A stretch of 56,232 nucleotides of DNA from Elusimicrobia bacterium RIFOXYD2_FULL_34_15 (GTDB lineage Bacteria; Elusimicrobiota; UBA8919). The stretch is taken from contig MGVS01000039.1 of assembly GCA_001800605.1 (NCBI GenBank), positions 1 to 56,232 on the forward strand, in the 5' to 3' direction. Shown in pieces: positions 1 to 8,186 of this stretch (position 1 is the first letter of the stretch; each line of letters starts with the position of its first letter). Position numbers and translations under genes: made by a program. The notes below the pieces were generated by a model that saw only the letters and a program-made list of their open reading frames with translations, was not told the origin of the DNA and did no database searches.

Positions 1-812
1 ACTTCGCTCTCTTTATAACCAAAAAGTTTTGTAAATGCAGGGTTAACCTTTAGAATTTGGTTATCAAAATCACTTATAACTAACGCTTCATTCATTGTGA
101 AAATTATATTTTCTGCCATCATAGCCGAATCTATAACAAATAGTTCATATTTCCATATTGCATAACAAACAAAAATTGAAAACCAAGTCAAAGAACTGAT
201 AGACATCTCTGGAATTCCTAATTTAAATATGGGTATTATCTCTGGTATAGACATTAATATAGGAACAAAAAAACCTATAGTTATATAATTTAGTTGTTTT
301 CGCTTCCTTGTAGACATCGTTTTTTTTCTATAACTTATAAGCAAAAAAAGTATTGACGATAAAATTATTAAAGTCCAAATATTACTCAGCCAAAAAAGTA
401 AAGATTTTTCATTTGAAAGATAAGCATAACCCCAATATCTTTTAACCACTCCTATTGTCATTTGATCAGTAGCCAACTCTATGATTGTAAAAAATAATGC
501 AGGGATATATAATAAAAAATAAAATAATTTACTAGTATGAATATTTATTTTTTCGGTGTATATTAATACAAAATGAATTATTAAAGCAACAGTGAATGGC
601 CACAAAAAATTCATTTTTAACCAAATATAAGCAATTCCCGAACTTTCAGCTTGGCGATACATAAATTCAATAAATCCCCAATAAGATATACTAAAACAGA
701 ATAGAGAAAAAATAATATGTTGTAAGCTTTTCCTGTTCTTATAAAAAACAAAACTCCCAAGAGAAAAACTAATTATGCTACTTAATAATGATAAAAAAGC
801 GAATATATTCAT
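1..812 (-). CDS. Partial (3'-truncated by window edge) 7TM-domain sensor protein with PAS domain, probably a histidine kinase
   Basis: Not in ORF track; ATG at 812, manual translation MNIFAFLSLLSSIISFSLGSFVFYKNRKS...YAIWKYELF...MNEALVISDFDNQILKVNPAFTKLFGY resembles HisKA_7TM followed by PAS; starts just after the stop of the upstream kinase. Confidence 0.75.
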   Translation of the reverse strand, partial: MNIFAFLSLLSSIISFSLGSFVFYKNRKSLQHIIFSLFCFSISYWGFIEFMYRQAESSGIAYIWLKMNFLWPFTVALIIHFVLIYTEKINIHTSKLFYFLLYIPALFFTIIELATDQMTIGVVKRYWGYAYLSNEKSLLFWLSNIWTLIILSSILFLLISYRKKTMSTRKRKQLNYITIGFFVPILMSIPEIIPIFKLGIPEMSISSLTWFSIFVCYAIWKYELFVIDSAMMAENIIFTMNEALVISDFDNQILKVNPAFTKLFGYKESE

Positions 813-814
813 AT

Positions 815-3121
815 TTATTCACCAGCTACCTTCACCGGTAACTTTACAACAAATGTTGTACCTTTACCTACCTCGCTTTCCACTTCTATTGTCCCATTAT
901 GTTTCTTTATTATTTCATAACATATACTCAGTCCTAAACCAGTTCCTTTTCCTACCTCTTTTGTAGTATAAAACGGCTCAAAGACATGTTTCTTTACTTC
1001 TTCTGACATTCCCACACCTGTATCTGATATTGAAATTATAATATATTTTTTATCTGCGTTTATCCCTGCCTGCCGGCAGGCAGGTGCGTTTAAATCAGCG
1101 TCAATCTGCGATGTCGTTATCGTTATCGTTCCGCCTTCTGGCATCGCATCCATTGCATTATTACATAGATTCACTATCACTTGCTCTATCTGATTCTTAT
1201 TTATCTCTATCTGAGGTAAATCCGGAACATACCGTTTAATAATTTCAATATTTTTAATTTTTGCATGAGCTTCTACTAACGATATTGTATCATCAATCAA
1301 CACATTGATATCTGCTTTATCCTTTACCTTATCATCTATTCTGGAAAACGTTAATAAATTACTCACTAATTTTTTACATCTTATTGCTTCCCGCTCTATT
1401 GACTTCAATGGTATATATAACGAATCCCCTTCTTTCACCATTTTAACTACACTTTGGGCAAATCCTAATATTACCCCCATCGGATTGTTTATTTCATGTG
1501 CCACCCCACCTGCTAACTGTCCTACCGCTGCCATCTTCTCGGATTGTAGTAATTGTGCTTGAAGTTTTTCTTTCTCTTTCTCCATATTTTTCCGCTCGGT
1601 TATGTCACTAAATATTGCAGCAAATTTATTATCAGAATATTTATAAGCAAAAACTTCAAACCATTTATCTAAACTTTTAACGCGATTTTCTATATGCACC
1701 GGATTTCCCGTTTGAACAACTTCCGCATACTTATCAATCCAAAACTGTTCTATGCTCGGAATAATTTCACGAATAGTATGATTCATCGCCATATCACAGC
1801 GTATTCCTGTATTATTTTCCCAAGATTGGTTAACACTTAAATAACGGAAATCTATTGGCTTGTTTTGTTCATCCCAAATCATCTCGCAAAGTGCAAATCC
1901 TTCATTCATTTTATCGAATAACATACGATAATGCTTCTCACTCTGTTTCAATGCATATTCAGCATACTTCTGCTCGGTTACGTTTTTTATAATAGATCTC
2001 GTTCTGACAAAGTTTCCTACACTATCATATATTGCTGAAGAGTTTATTATTACATCCAATTTTTCTCCATTTTTTTTGATCATTTTCCCATTTTCAACAA
2101 ATAGTATTCCTTCATGTCTTAATTTTTCAAAACCTTTTTTGACGTTGTCCCATGTTTCAGGAGCATATATTTCTTTTATATATTTTCCATCGAGTTCTTC
2201 CCTTGAATAACCAAGAATTTCACATTCCTTTCGATTTGCAAAAACAATATGACCATCAATATTAACAGAATGAATCATATCCGAAGCATTTTCAACTATA
2301 TCTTGATACCGCTTTTCAACATCTATTAATCTTTTTTCTAATACTTTTGTTGATTCTATAAATTTTTCTCTCATTTCCCAATTGAAAATTTTAAGCATTC
2401 TAATTATGACCCAACTAACAATTACAGCACAAATAGCACGAAAAAACTGAACAGGGATATGTATAACCTCAAAAAATAAATCCATATTAAACCAGTCGGC
2501 AGGAAAAAAATTTGCTTTTGGAACTACCAATCCCCCTAAAAATCCATAAACTAAAAACGATAAACTCGCTAAAATAAAATATCTCTTTACTTTTAATGAT
2601 TTCAACATTATCTCGTTACATTTATAATACGAAGAAAAACCAAATGTTATAAGTATGCACCCGGTAAAACCTAAAAAATATCTTACCAATATATTCCCAA
2701 TTTTTAAAAAATCTGCAGACATAAATGCAAAGATAAAAATAAAAATTAAAATTATAAGTAATAACCACCTCGTTAAGACACTAGCTATTCTTTTGTGAAA
2801 TGAATTTCTATCTTTCCCTAAACTAAAAAGTTGTCTTCCAAACTCAAACAACAAACAATAAGAAATAACCAATATAAACCATCGAAATATATCAAAAAAG
2901 GTATTACTTTTTTTAATTATTGACCACATATCTAAAAATTCACTCAATCCGTGGGTTATACCAAATATAGCCAATAACCAAAGTATATCCGCAATCCTAA
3001 ATTCACTTTCTTTTTTAGGTTGAATTAAAATAGCAATTCCCATTACTACAAATGCAAAACCATAGACAAAAAATACAATATCCAGATTGTTTTGAAACCA
3101 CTGTTGAATTATATCCATCAT
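815..3121 (-). CDS. Membrane PAS-PAS sensor histidine kinase
   Basis: N-terminal TM helices, two PAS-like domains, H-box AHEINNP, N-box NLCNNAMDAM, G-boxes DTGVGM/GTGLGL. Confidence 0.95.
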   Translation of the reverse strand: MMDIIQQWFQNNLDIVFFVYGFAFVVMGIAILIQPKKESEFRIADILWLLAIFGITHGLSEFLDMWSIIKKSNTFFDIFRWFILVISYCLLFEFGRQLFSLGKDRNSFHKRIASVLTRWLLLIILIFIFIFAFMSADFLKIGNILVRYFLGFTGCILITFGFSSYYKCNEIMLKSLKVKRYFILASLSFLVYGFLGGLVVPKANFFPADWFNMDLFFEVIHIPVQFFRAICAVIVSWVIIRMLKIFNWEMREKFIESTKVLEKRLIDVEKRYQDIVENASDMIHSVNIDGHIVFANRKECEILGYSREELDGKYIKEIYAPETWDNVKKGFEKLRHEGILFVENGKMIKKNGEKLDVIINSSAIYDSVGNFVRTRSIIKNVTEQKYAEYALKQSEKHYRMLFDKMNEGFALCEMIWDEQNKPIDFRYLSVNQSWENNTGIRCDMAMNHTIREIIPSIEQFWIDKYAEVVQTGNPVHIENRVKSLDKWFEVFAYKYSDNKFAAIFSDITERKNMEKEKEKLQAQLLQSEKMAAVGQLAGGVAHEINNPMGVILGFAQSVVKMVKEGDSLYIPLKSIEREAIRCKKLVSNLLTFSRIDDKVKDKADINVLIDDTISLVEAHAKIKNIEIIKRYVPDLPQIEINKNQIEQVIVNLCNNAMDAMPEGGTITITTSQIDADLNAPACRQAGINADKKYIIISISDTGVGMSEEVKKHVFEPFYTTKEVGKGTGLGLSICYEIIKKHNGTIEVESEVGKGTTFVVKLPVKVAGE
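1052..1110. repeat. ATCTGCGT tandem array with inserted perfect 20-nt palindrome CCTGCCTGCCGGCAGGCAGG (1065-1084), inside the kinase CDS
   Basis: Same palindrome at 19514-19533 and (one mismatch) 47768-47787; encodes PACRQAG. Confidence 0.9.
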
Positions 3122-3137
3122 ATTGTTTTCACCTCTT

Positions 3138-3710
3138 TTAAATAAGATTTTCTATTTTTTGTTTTAATTCTTCTGCTGTAAAAGGTTTTATTAAATAACC
3201 TTCTGCACCTGATTTAATTATTTTTTCTTTCATTTCCTTTGAAGCAAAAGCAGTAATAATAATTATTTTCATTTTTTCTTTTTTAAGTTCTTTTAAAACT
3301 TCAAAACCATCCATTCCTGGCAGCCTGATATCAAGAATTATCAAATCCGGTTTAAATTCTGCTATTTTCCTGCCTGCCACAAATCCGTCCGATGCTAATT
3401 CAATGTCCACATCCTTAAAAAATTTTTTGATAACTATTGAAATAAACTTTAGAATTCCTTCTTCATCATCAACTATTAAAATCTTTTTTATGTTATTTTG
3501 AGTTTTTTGAATATTTCCGGTAGCATTCAATTCTTCGGGAATGGGCATTTTGTACTTCTTTAAAAAATCTATTAAATCGTTAATTTCAATCCTTCTGTGT
3601 CCGCCGGGAGTCTTATAGGCAGGTATTTTACCGGAATCAATCCAATCTATAACTGTACTAATATCTACATGTAATAATTTTGAAATTTGAAAAGTAGTAA
3701 GCGGTTCCAT
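3138..3710 (-). CDS. Response regulator with N-terminal excisionase-like (HTH_17/MerR-like) DNA-binding domain
   Basis: LTTFQISKLLHV...TPGGHRRI HTH, then receiver domain (VDDEE, ILDIRLP, LIKPF); start moved to ATG 3710 (SD-like GGGGAA; the longer ORF reads through hairpin repeats). Confidence 0.9.
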   Translation of the reverse strand: MEPLTTFQISKLLHVDISTVIDWIDSGKIPAYKTPGGHRRIEINDLIDFLKKYKMPIPEELNATGNIQKTQNNIKKILIVDDEEGILKFISIVIKKFFKDVDIELASDGFVAGRKIAEFKPDLIILDIRLPGMDGFEVLKELKKEKMKIIIITAFASKEMKEKIIKSGAEGYLIKPFTAEELKQKIENLI

Positions 3711-3719
3711 ATATTCCCC

Positions 3720-3794
3720 CCAACCCGACTTTGATCGGGTTGGCCTCGCCAAAGCCTCCCTGTCCGCCAAAGTTTCAGTGGCGGAAGTGGCGGA
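3720..3794. repeat. Cluster of GC-rich hairpins in the response regulator leader
   Basis: CCAACCCGA-6-TCGGGTTGG (3720-3743); CCTG-TCCGCCA-9-TGGCGGA (3759-3785) nested in a related degenerate copy. Confidence 0.8.
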
Positions 3795-3854
3795 CCATCT
3801 TTCTATCTTTAAGATATATCTAATAAAACTAAATATCCTAAGTATCCTAATATT

Positions 3855-3883
3855 AGTATAAAGTATTTAGCAATTTTTGTCAA
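3855..3883 (-). promoter_or_regulatory. Sigma70-type promoter for regulator/kinase operon
   Basis: TTGACA-17-TATACT on minus strand. Confidence 0.75.
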
Positions 3884-3936
3884 GGGGAAATATTAAAAGC
3901 AGGGTTAGGGATTAGGATTACAGATTACAAAATCTT

Positions 3937-5775
3937 TCAATCTTCTAATTTGAGTACGGCGAGAAATGCTTCTTGCGGGATGGAAACGTTGCCAAATTGT
4001 TTCATTTTCTTCTTTCCTTCTTTCTGCCTTTCAAGAAGTTTACGTTTGCGGGAAATATCACCGCCGTAACATTTTGCGATGACATCCTTTCTTAATGCAC
4101 GGACATTTTCACGGGCTATTATCCTGCCCCCGATAGATGCCTGAATAGGAATTTCAAACATCTGGCGCGGGATCAGGCCTCTCAATTTATCCACTATTTT
4201 TCTTCCGTAATATTCTGCATTGTTTTTAAATACTACAAATGATAAAGCATCCACCGGTTCATTGTTCACAAGGATGTCCAGTTTAACTAAATCGGATTCT
4301 TTATAATCGCAAATTTCATAATCAAATGAGGCATAGCCGGAAGAAACTGATTTTAAATTATCATAAAAATCTACTATAGAATCGGCCAACGGCATTTCAT
4401 ATGAAAGTTTTACCTTGTCCTCTGTGATGTATGTCATATCCAGAAAATCTCCGCGCTTGCCTTCACAGAGAGCCATTACATTGCCTACATATTGAGCAGG
4501 AAGTACAATGGTTGCTAATATATACGGCTCGTAAATTTTTTCTATGTATTGTTTTTCAGGGAATTTTGACGGATTTTCTATTTCTATAATTGCGTCTTCG
4601 CCTTTTAAACCTGTAACCGGTTTACTTCCATCTATGCATTTAATTCTGTATCTTACGTTCGGAGCGGTTATGATAAGATTTAGGCCAAATTCTCTTTGTA
4701 AACGTTCTTTGACAATGTCCATATGCAGCAGGCCTAAAAATCCGCACCTATAACCGAAACCAAGTGCAACTGATGTTTCCGGCTGATAAAAAAATGCCGA
4801 ATCTTCAAGATGTAATTTTCCTATTGCCTTTGTAAGAGCATCATAATCTCCGGGTTGAACGGGATACAAACCGCAAAAAACAAACGGTTTTAATTCCTTG
4901 TATCCGGGGTGGGCTGTCTTTGCAGGATTCTCGACATCGGAAATTGTGTCTCCGATTTTTATCTTATGAATATCCTTTATACCGAGAATTACATAGCCGA
5001 CTTCACCCGCAGAAAGTTTTTCTATTTTGTGCCTGCCTGCGGGTGCAGACGGATTTTTTATTTCAAAAAAACCGACTTCTTCAACATCGAATTTTTCCCC
5101 GGATGAAAAGAAAAATACTTTTTGACCGGCCGATATCATTCCGTCAAAAACTCTTATATAAACTATTACTCCCCTGAAGGAATCGTAGAGAGAATCAAAA
5201 GCTAAAGCTTTTAACGGTTTTTCTGCTTCACCGACAGGAGCGGGTATTTTATTTATTATTGCATCAATTATTTCTTTCGTACCTATATTTTGTTTCGCAG
5301 AAACAAGTATCGGCTTTTCATCTATTTTTAAAATTATTTCTATCTGCTGCTGGGTCTTCGGCACGTCTGCCTGTTTCAAATCAATCTTGTTTATTACCGA
5401 AATTATTTTTAGATTATGTTGTCTTGCAAGGTCAAAATTTGAAAGCGTCTGGGCTTCAACACCCTGCGAAGCATCCACAAGCAAAAGACAACCCTCGCAT
5501 GCAGCAAGAGCTCTGGAAACTTCATAAGTAAAATCCACATGACCGGGTGTATCAATAAGATTTAGTTGATATTTTTCACCATCCGGTTTAGTATAGTTTA
5601 AACGGACAGTTTTTGCCTTAATCGTTATGCCACGTTCTCTTTCAAGGTCCATTGCATCCAAAACCTGTTCGTGATGTGTAGTTGTAATTGCAGAGGTAAA
5701 CTCTAAAAGCCGGTCCGCAAGCGTGGATTTACCGTGGTCAATGTGTGCAATAATAGAAAAATTACGGATTTTCAT
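3937..5775 (-). CDS. lepA: Translation elongation factor 4
   Basis: MKIRNFSIIAHIDHGKSTLADR, DTPGHVDF, CYGGDISRKRKLLE; start reset to ATG 5775. Confidence 0.98.
   Translation of the reverse strand: MKIRNFSIIAHIDHGKSTLADRLLEFTSAITTTHHEQVLDAMDLERERGITIKAKTVRLNYTKPDGEKYQLNLIDTPGHVDFTYEVSRALAACEGCLLLVDASQGVEAQTLSNFDLARQHNLKIISVINKIDLKQADVPKTQQQIEIILKIDEKPILVSAKQNIGTKEIIDAIINKIPAPVGEAEKPLKALAFDSLYDSFRGVIVYIRVFDGMISAGQKVFFFSSGEKFDVEEVGFFEIKNPSAPAGRHKIEKLSAGEVGYVILGIKDIHKIKIGDTISDVENPAKTAHPGYKELKPFVFCGLYPVQPGDYDALTKAIGKLHLEDSAFFYQPETSVALGFGYRCGFLGLLHMDIVKERLQREFGLNLIITAPNVRYRIKCIDGSKPVTGLKGEDAIIEIENPSKFPEKQYIEKIYEPYILATIVLPAQYVGNVMALCEGKRGDFLDMTYITEDKVKLSYEMPLADSIVDFYDNLKSVSSGYASFDYEICDYKESDLVKLDILVNNEPVDALSFVVFKNNAEYYGRKIVDKLRGLIPRQMFEIPIQASIGGRIIARENVRALRKDVIAKCYGGDISRKRKLLERQKEGKKKMKQFGNVSIPQEAFLAVLKLED
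5032..5052. repeat. 21-nt CCTG-footed hairpin inserted in frame in lepA
   Basis: CCTGCCTGCGGGTGCAGACGG, related to the 20-nt palindrome family; encodes PSAPAGR. Confidence 0.8.
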
Positions 5776-5792
5776 AAAATTAAAGATGGTGT

Positions 5793-5960
5793 ATGATTGC
5801 GGGATAGCGTGATAGAAAATAAGGCAAAAAATGAAAAAGTAGAAAGGAAAATAAAAATTCACAGCTAACCTTTCCACCTCTCTACCTTTTACCTTTCTAT
5901 CTTTCCACCTGCTTTATACAATGCACAATCGCACAATCGTGCTATCGCACTAACTCACAA
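5793..5960. repeat. Nested inverted 8-mer tandem arrays
   Basis: Outer GATWGYGB / GCACAATC arms, inner AGAAAGG / ACCTTTCY arms. Confidence 0.65.
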
Positions 5961-5974
5961 TTTTGCTTTAATAT

Positions 5975-7696
5975 TTAATGTTTTCTTCTTTGTTTTATTT
6001 TTCTTAAAATAATATCTCTTTTACTTGGATCGTTTAATATTTCGTCTGCCATTTTTTTTGCAGCAGCAAGATTTACTCTTCTGACTTCTTTCTTTGTCCT
6101 AAGTACCGAACTGGAAACAACGCTAAAATGTTCCAGGCCTAAACCTAAAAGTATTTCTGTATACAATGGATCGCCGGCCATTTCACCGCACATAGAAACC
6201 CATTTCCCTGCTTTTTGCCCGGTATCTATTATTGTTTTTAATAATCTCAATATTGAAAGATGCAGAGGATCATAAAGATTAGTAACATATTCATTTATTC
6301 TGTCTACCGCAACGGTATATTGTATTAAATCATTTGTACCTATAGATAAAAAGTCTGCTTCCTTTACCAATATATCAACAGTTAGTGCCGCTGACGGTAT
6401 CTCTATCATTACACCTACTTCTACATTCTCATCATATTGAATTGTCTTACTGCTTAATTCCTTTTTTACTTCATTTAATAAATAATTCGCAGCCCTAAGC
6501 TCGTCAATTCCTGAAATCATCGGATACATTATTTTTACATTCCCGAATACCGATGCCCTTAATATTGCCCTAAGCTGAATCTTGAAAACTTCGGGATGCC
6601 GGAGGCAAAATCTTATTGCACGAAGGCCCATAAACGGATTTCTTTCTTCTTTTAAATTAAAATACGGCAAGAGTTTATCGCCGCCTAAATCAATTGTCCT
6701 TATTACCACCGAATTTGGAAATACTTTTTCTACCACCATCCTATATGATTCAAATTGTTCTTCTTCACTCGGGAATTCTCTCCTGTTTAAAAAAAGATAT
6801 TCCGTCCTAAAGAGACCTATCCCTTCCGAACCGTGAGATATAACAGATTTTGTCTCTTCCGGAATTTCAATATTGGAAGCAACAACAATTTTTTTACCGT
6901 CAGTTGTCACCGCAGGAAGATCCATGTACTTAGAAAGTTCTTTTATTTCACCAATATATAATTGCTGCCTTCTCTTGTAATTTGTAATTGTGTCTTCATC
7001 CGGATCTATAATTACGACTCCCTCATTACCATCTATAATGACTGTCTGGCCATGAATAGCATGCGTTGTAATATCTTTCATGCCGACAACAGCAGGAATT
7101 TCCATTGCGCGCGCCATAATCGCAGTATGAGATGTTACCCCGCCCATATTTGTTGCAAATGCAAGAACATTTTCCTCTTTCATTACAATAGTATCCGTCG
7201 GAGTTAGATTATTAGCAAAAACTATTGAATGTTCTGTCACCTCAGAAAGCATTTTTTTATGGGCACCGGTTATATGTTTCATAATCTTCTTGCCGACATC
7301 GAGGATATCTTTCCCGCGTTCCCTGAAATATTCATCTTCTATTTTATCAAAAACCTGAGAATATTTTTCAATAACGTTATATAATGCATATTCTGCATTT
7401 ATTAGCTCTTTGTTTATTTTAGATATAACGTCTTTTTCAAAAGTCGGATCTTCCGCAATAAAAATGTAAGCTTCGAAAAGCTTAACATGTTTTTTTCCAA
7501 AATGTTTTGCTACTTTTCCTTTTGCTTTTTCCAGTTCTAATTTCGTATCGATAACTGCATTTTTAAATTTTTCTATTTCACTATGAACATCTTCTTTAGC
7601 TATTGGTTTTTTTACTGCAGAAAACTCTTCATCTTCTATAACAAAAGCTTTTCCGATTGCTATACCATCTGAAGCTGCAATACCTTTATATAACAT
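5975..7696 (-). CDS. ptsI: PEP-protein phosphotransferase (PTS enzyme I)
   Basis: GGVTSHTAIMAR phospho-His, GIGLFRTEYLF, SIGTNDLIQY, CGEMAGDP. Confidence 0.97.
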   Translation of the reverse strand: MLYKGIAASDGIAIGKAFVIEDEEFSAVKKPIAKEDVHSEIEKFKNAVIDTKLELEKAKGKVAKHFGKKHVKLFEAYIFIAEDPTFEKDVISKINKELINAEYALYNVIEKYSQVFDKIEDEYFRERGKDILDVGKKIMKHITGAHKKMLSEVTEHSIVFANNLTPTDTIVMKEENVLAFATNMGGVTSHTAIMARAMEIPAVVGMKDITTHAIHGQTVIIDGNEGVVIIDPDEDTITNYKRRQQLYIGEIKELSKYMDLPAVTTDGKKIVVASNIEIPEETKSVISHGSEGIGLFRTEYLFLNRREFPSEEEQFESYRMVVEKVFPNSVVIRTIDLGGDKLLPYFNLKEERNPFMGLRAIRFCLRHPEVFKIQLRAILRASVFGNVKIMYPMISGIDELRAANYLLNEVKKELSSKTIQYDENVEVGVMIEIPSAALTVDILVKEADFLSIGTNDLIQYTVAVDRINEYVTNLYDPLHLSILRLLKTIIDTGQKAGKWVSMCGEMAGDPLYTEILLGLGLEHFSVVSSSVLRTKKEVRRVNLAAAKKMADEILNDPSKRDIILRKIKQRRKH

Positions 7697-7710
7697 ATTT
7701 TTCTCAATTT

Positions 7711-7790
7711 GATTATACAGGTTTTTTATCTAATCTGTGTAATCGTTTTTCAAAATCCGTGTAATAAGACATCCTTCTTTATAGAATGTC
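7711..7790. repeat. GATTACACAGAT-family inverted-repeat element (degenerate)
   Basis: GATTATACAG ... AATCTGTGTAATC ... AATCCGTGTAAT plus terminal GACAT/ATGTC hairpin. Confidence 0.7.
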
Positions 7791-8055
7791 ATTCTTCTTC
7801 AAATTTCTTACTGATTAGATCTTCTACTGCGGCTAGTAATTCCGCTTCATCAGGACCATTGATTAAAAATCGTAATTCTGTCCCCTGTCCGGCAGCAAGC
7901 ATCATAAGACCCATTATAGATTTACCGTCAATCTCCTGATTGTCTTTGATTACTTTAATAGACGCTTTAAATTTACCCGTTGTCTGAACAAAAAGTGCTG
8001 AAGGGCGTGCATGCAAGCCTAATTTATTCTTTATCACAAGTGTCTTTTCAATCAT
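7789..8055 (-). CDS. ptsH: Phosphocarrier protein HPr
   Basis: GLHARPSA and DGKSIMGLMML motifs. Confidence 0.97.
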   Translation of the reverse strand: MIEKTLVIKNKLGLHARPSALFVQTTGKFKASIKVIKDNQEIDGKSIMGLMMLAAGQGTELRFLINGPDEAELLAAVEDLISKKFEEE

Positions 8056-8186
8056 AATTAAACTTCCTTATAAGTCGCCCGGAACAAGTGCGATAGTGGG
8101 ATGGCGCGATAGTGCATAGTTTGAAATCAGTTGTTCAAGCCGCTACTTTCTATCTATCTACCTCCGCCAGTTGGCGGATTACCTTT

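Noticed and set aside
3138-3710. Excisionase as evidence of a prophage
   Set aside because: The HTH is fused to a receiver domain next to kinases; no integrase or phage genes nearby
4590-4640. Second LepA insertion (GSKPVTGLKG) as a hairpin element
   Set aside because: Only a weak TAAACC/GGTTTA stem, no CYTG foot and no second copy in the window
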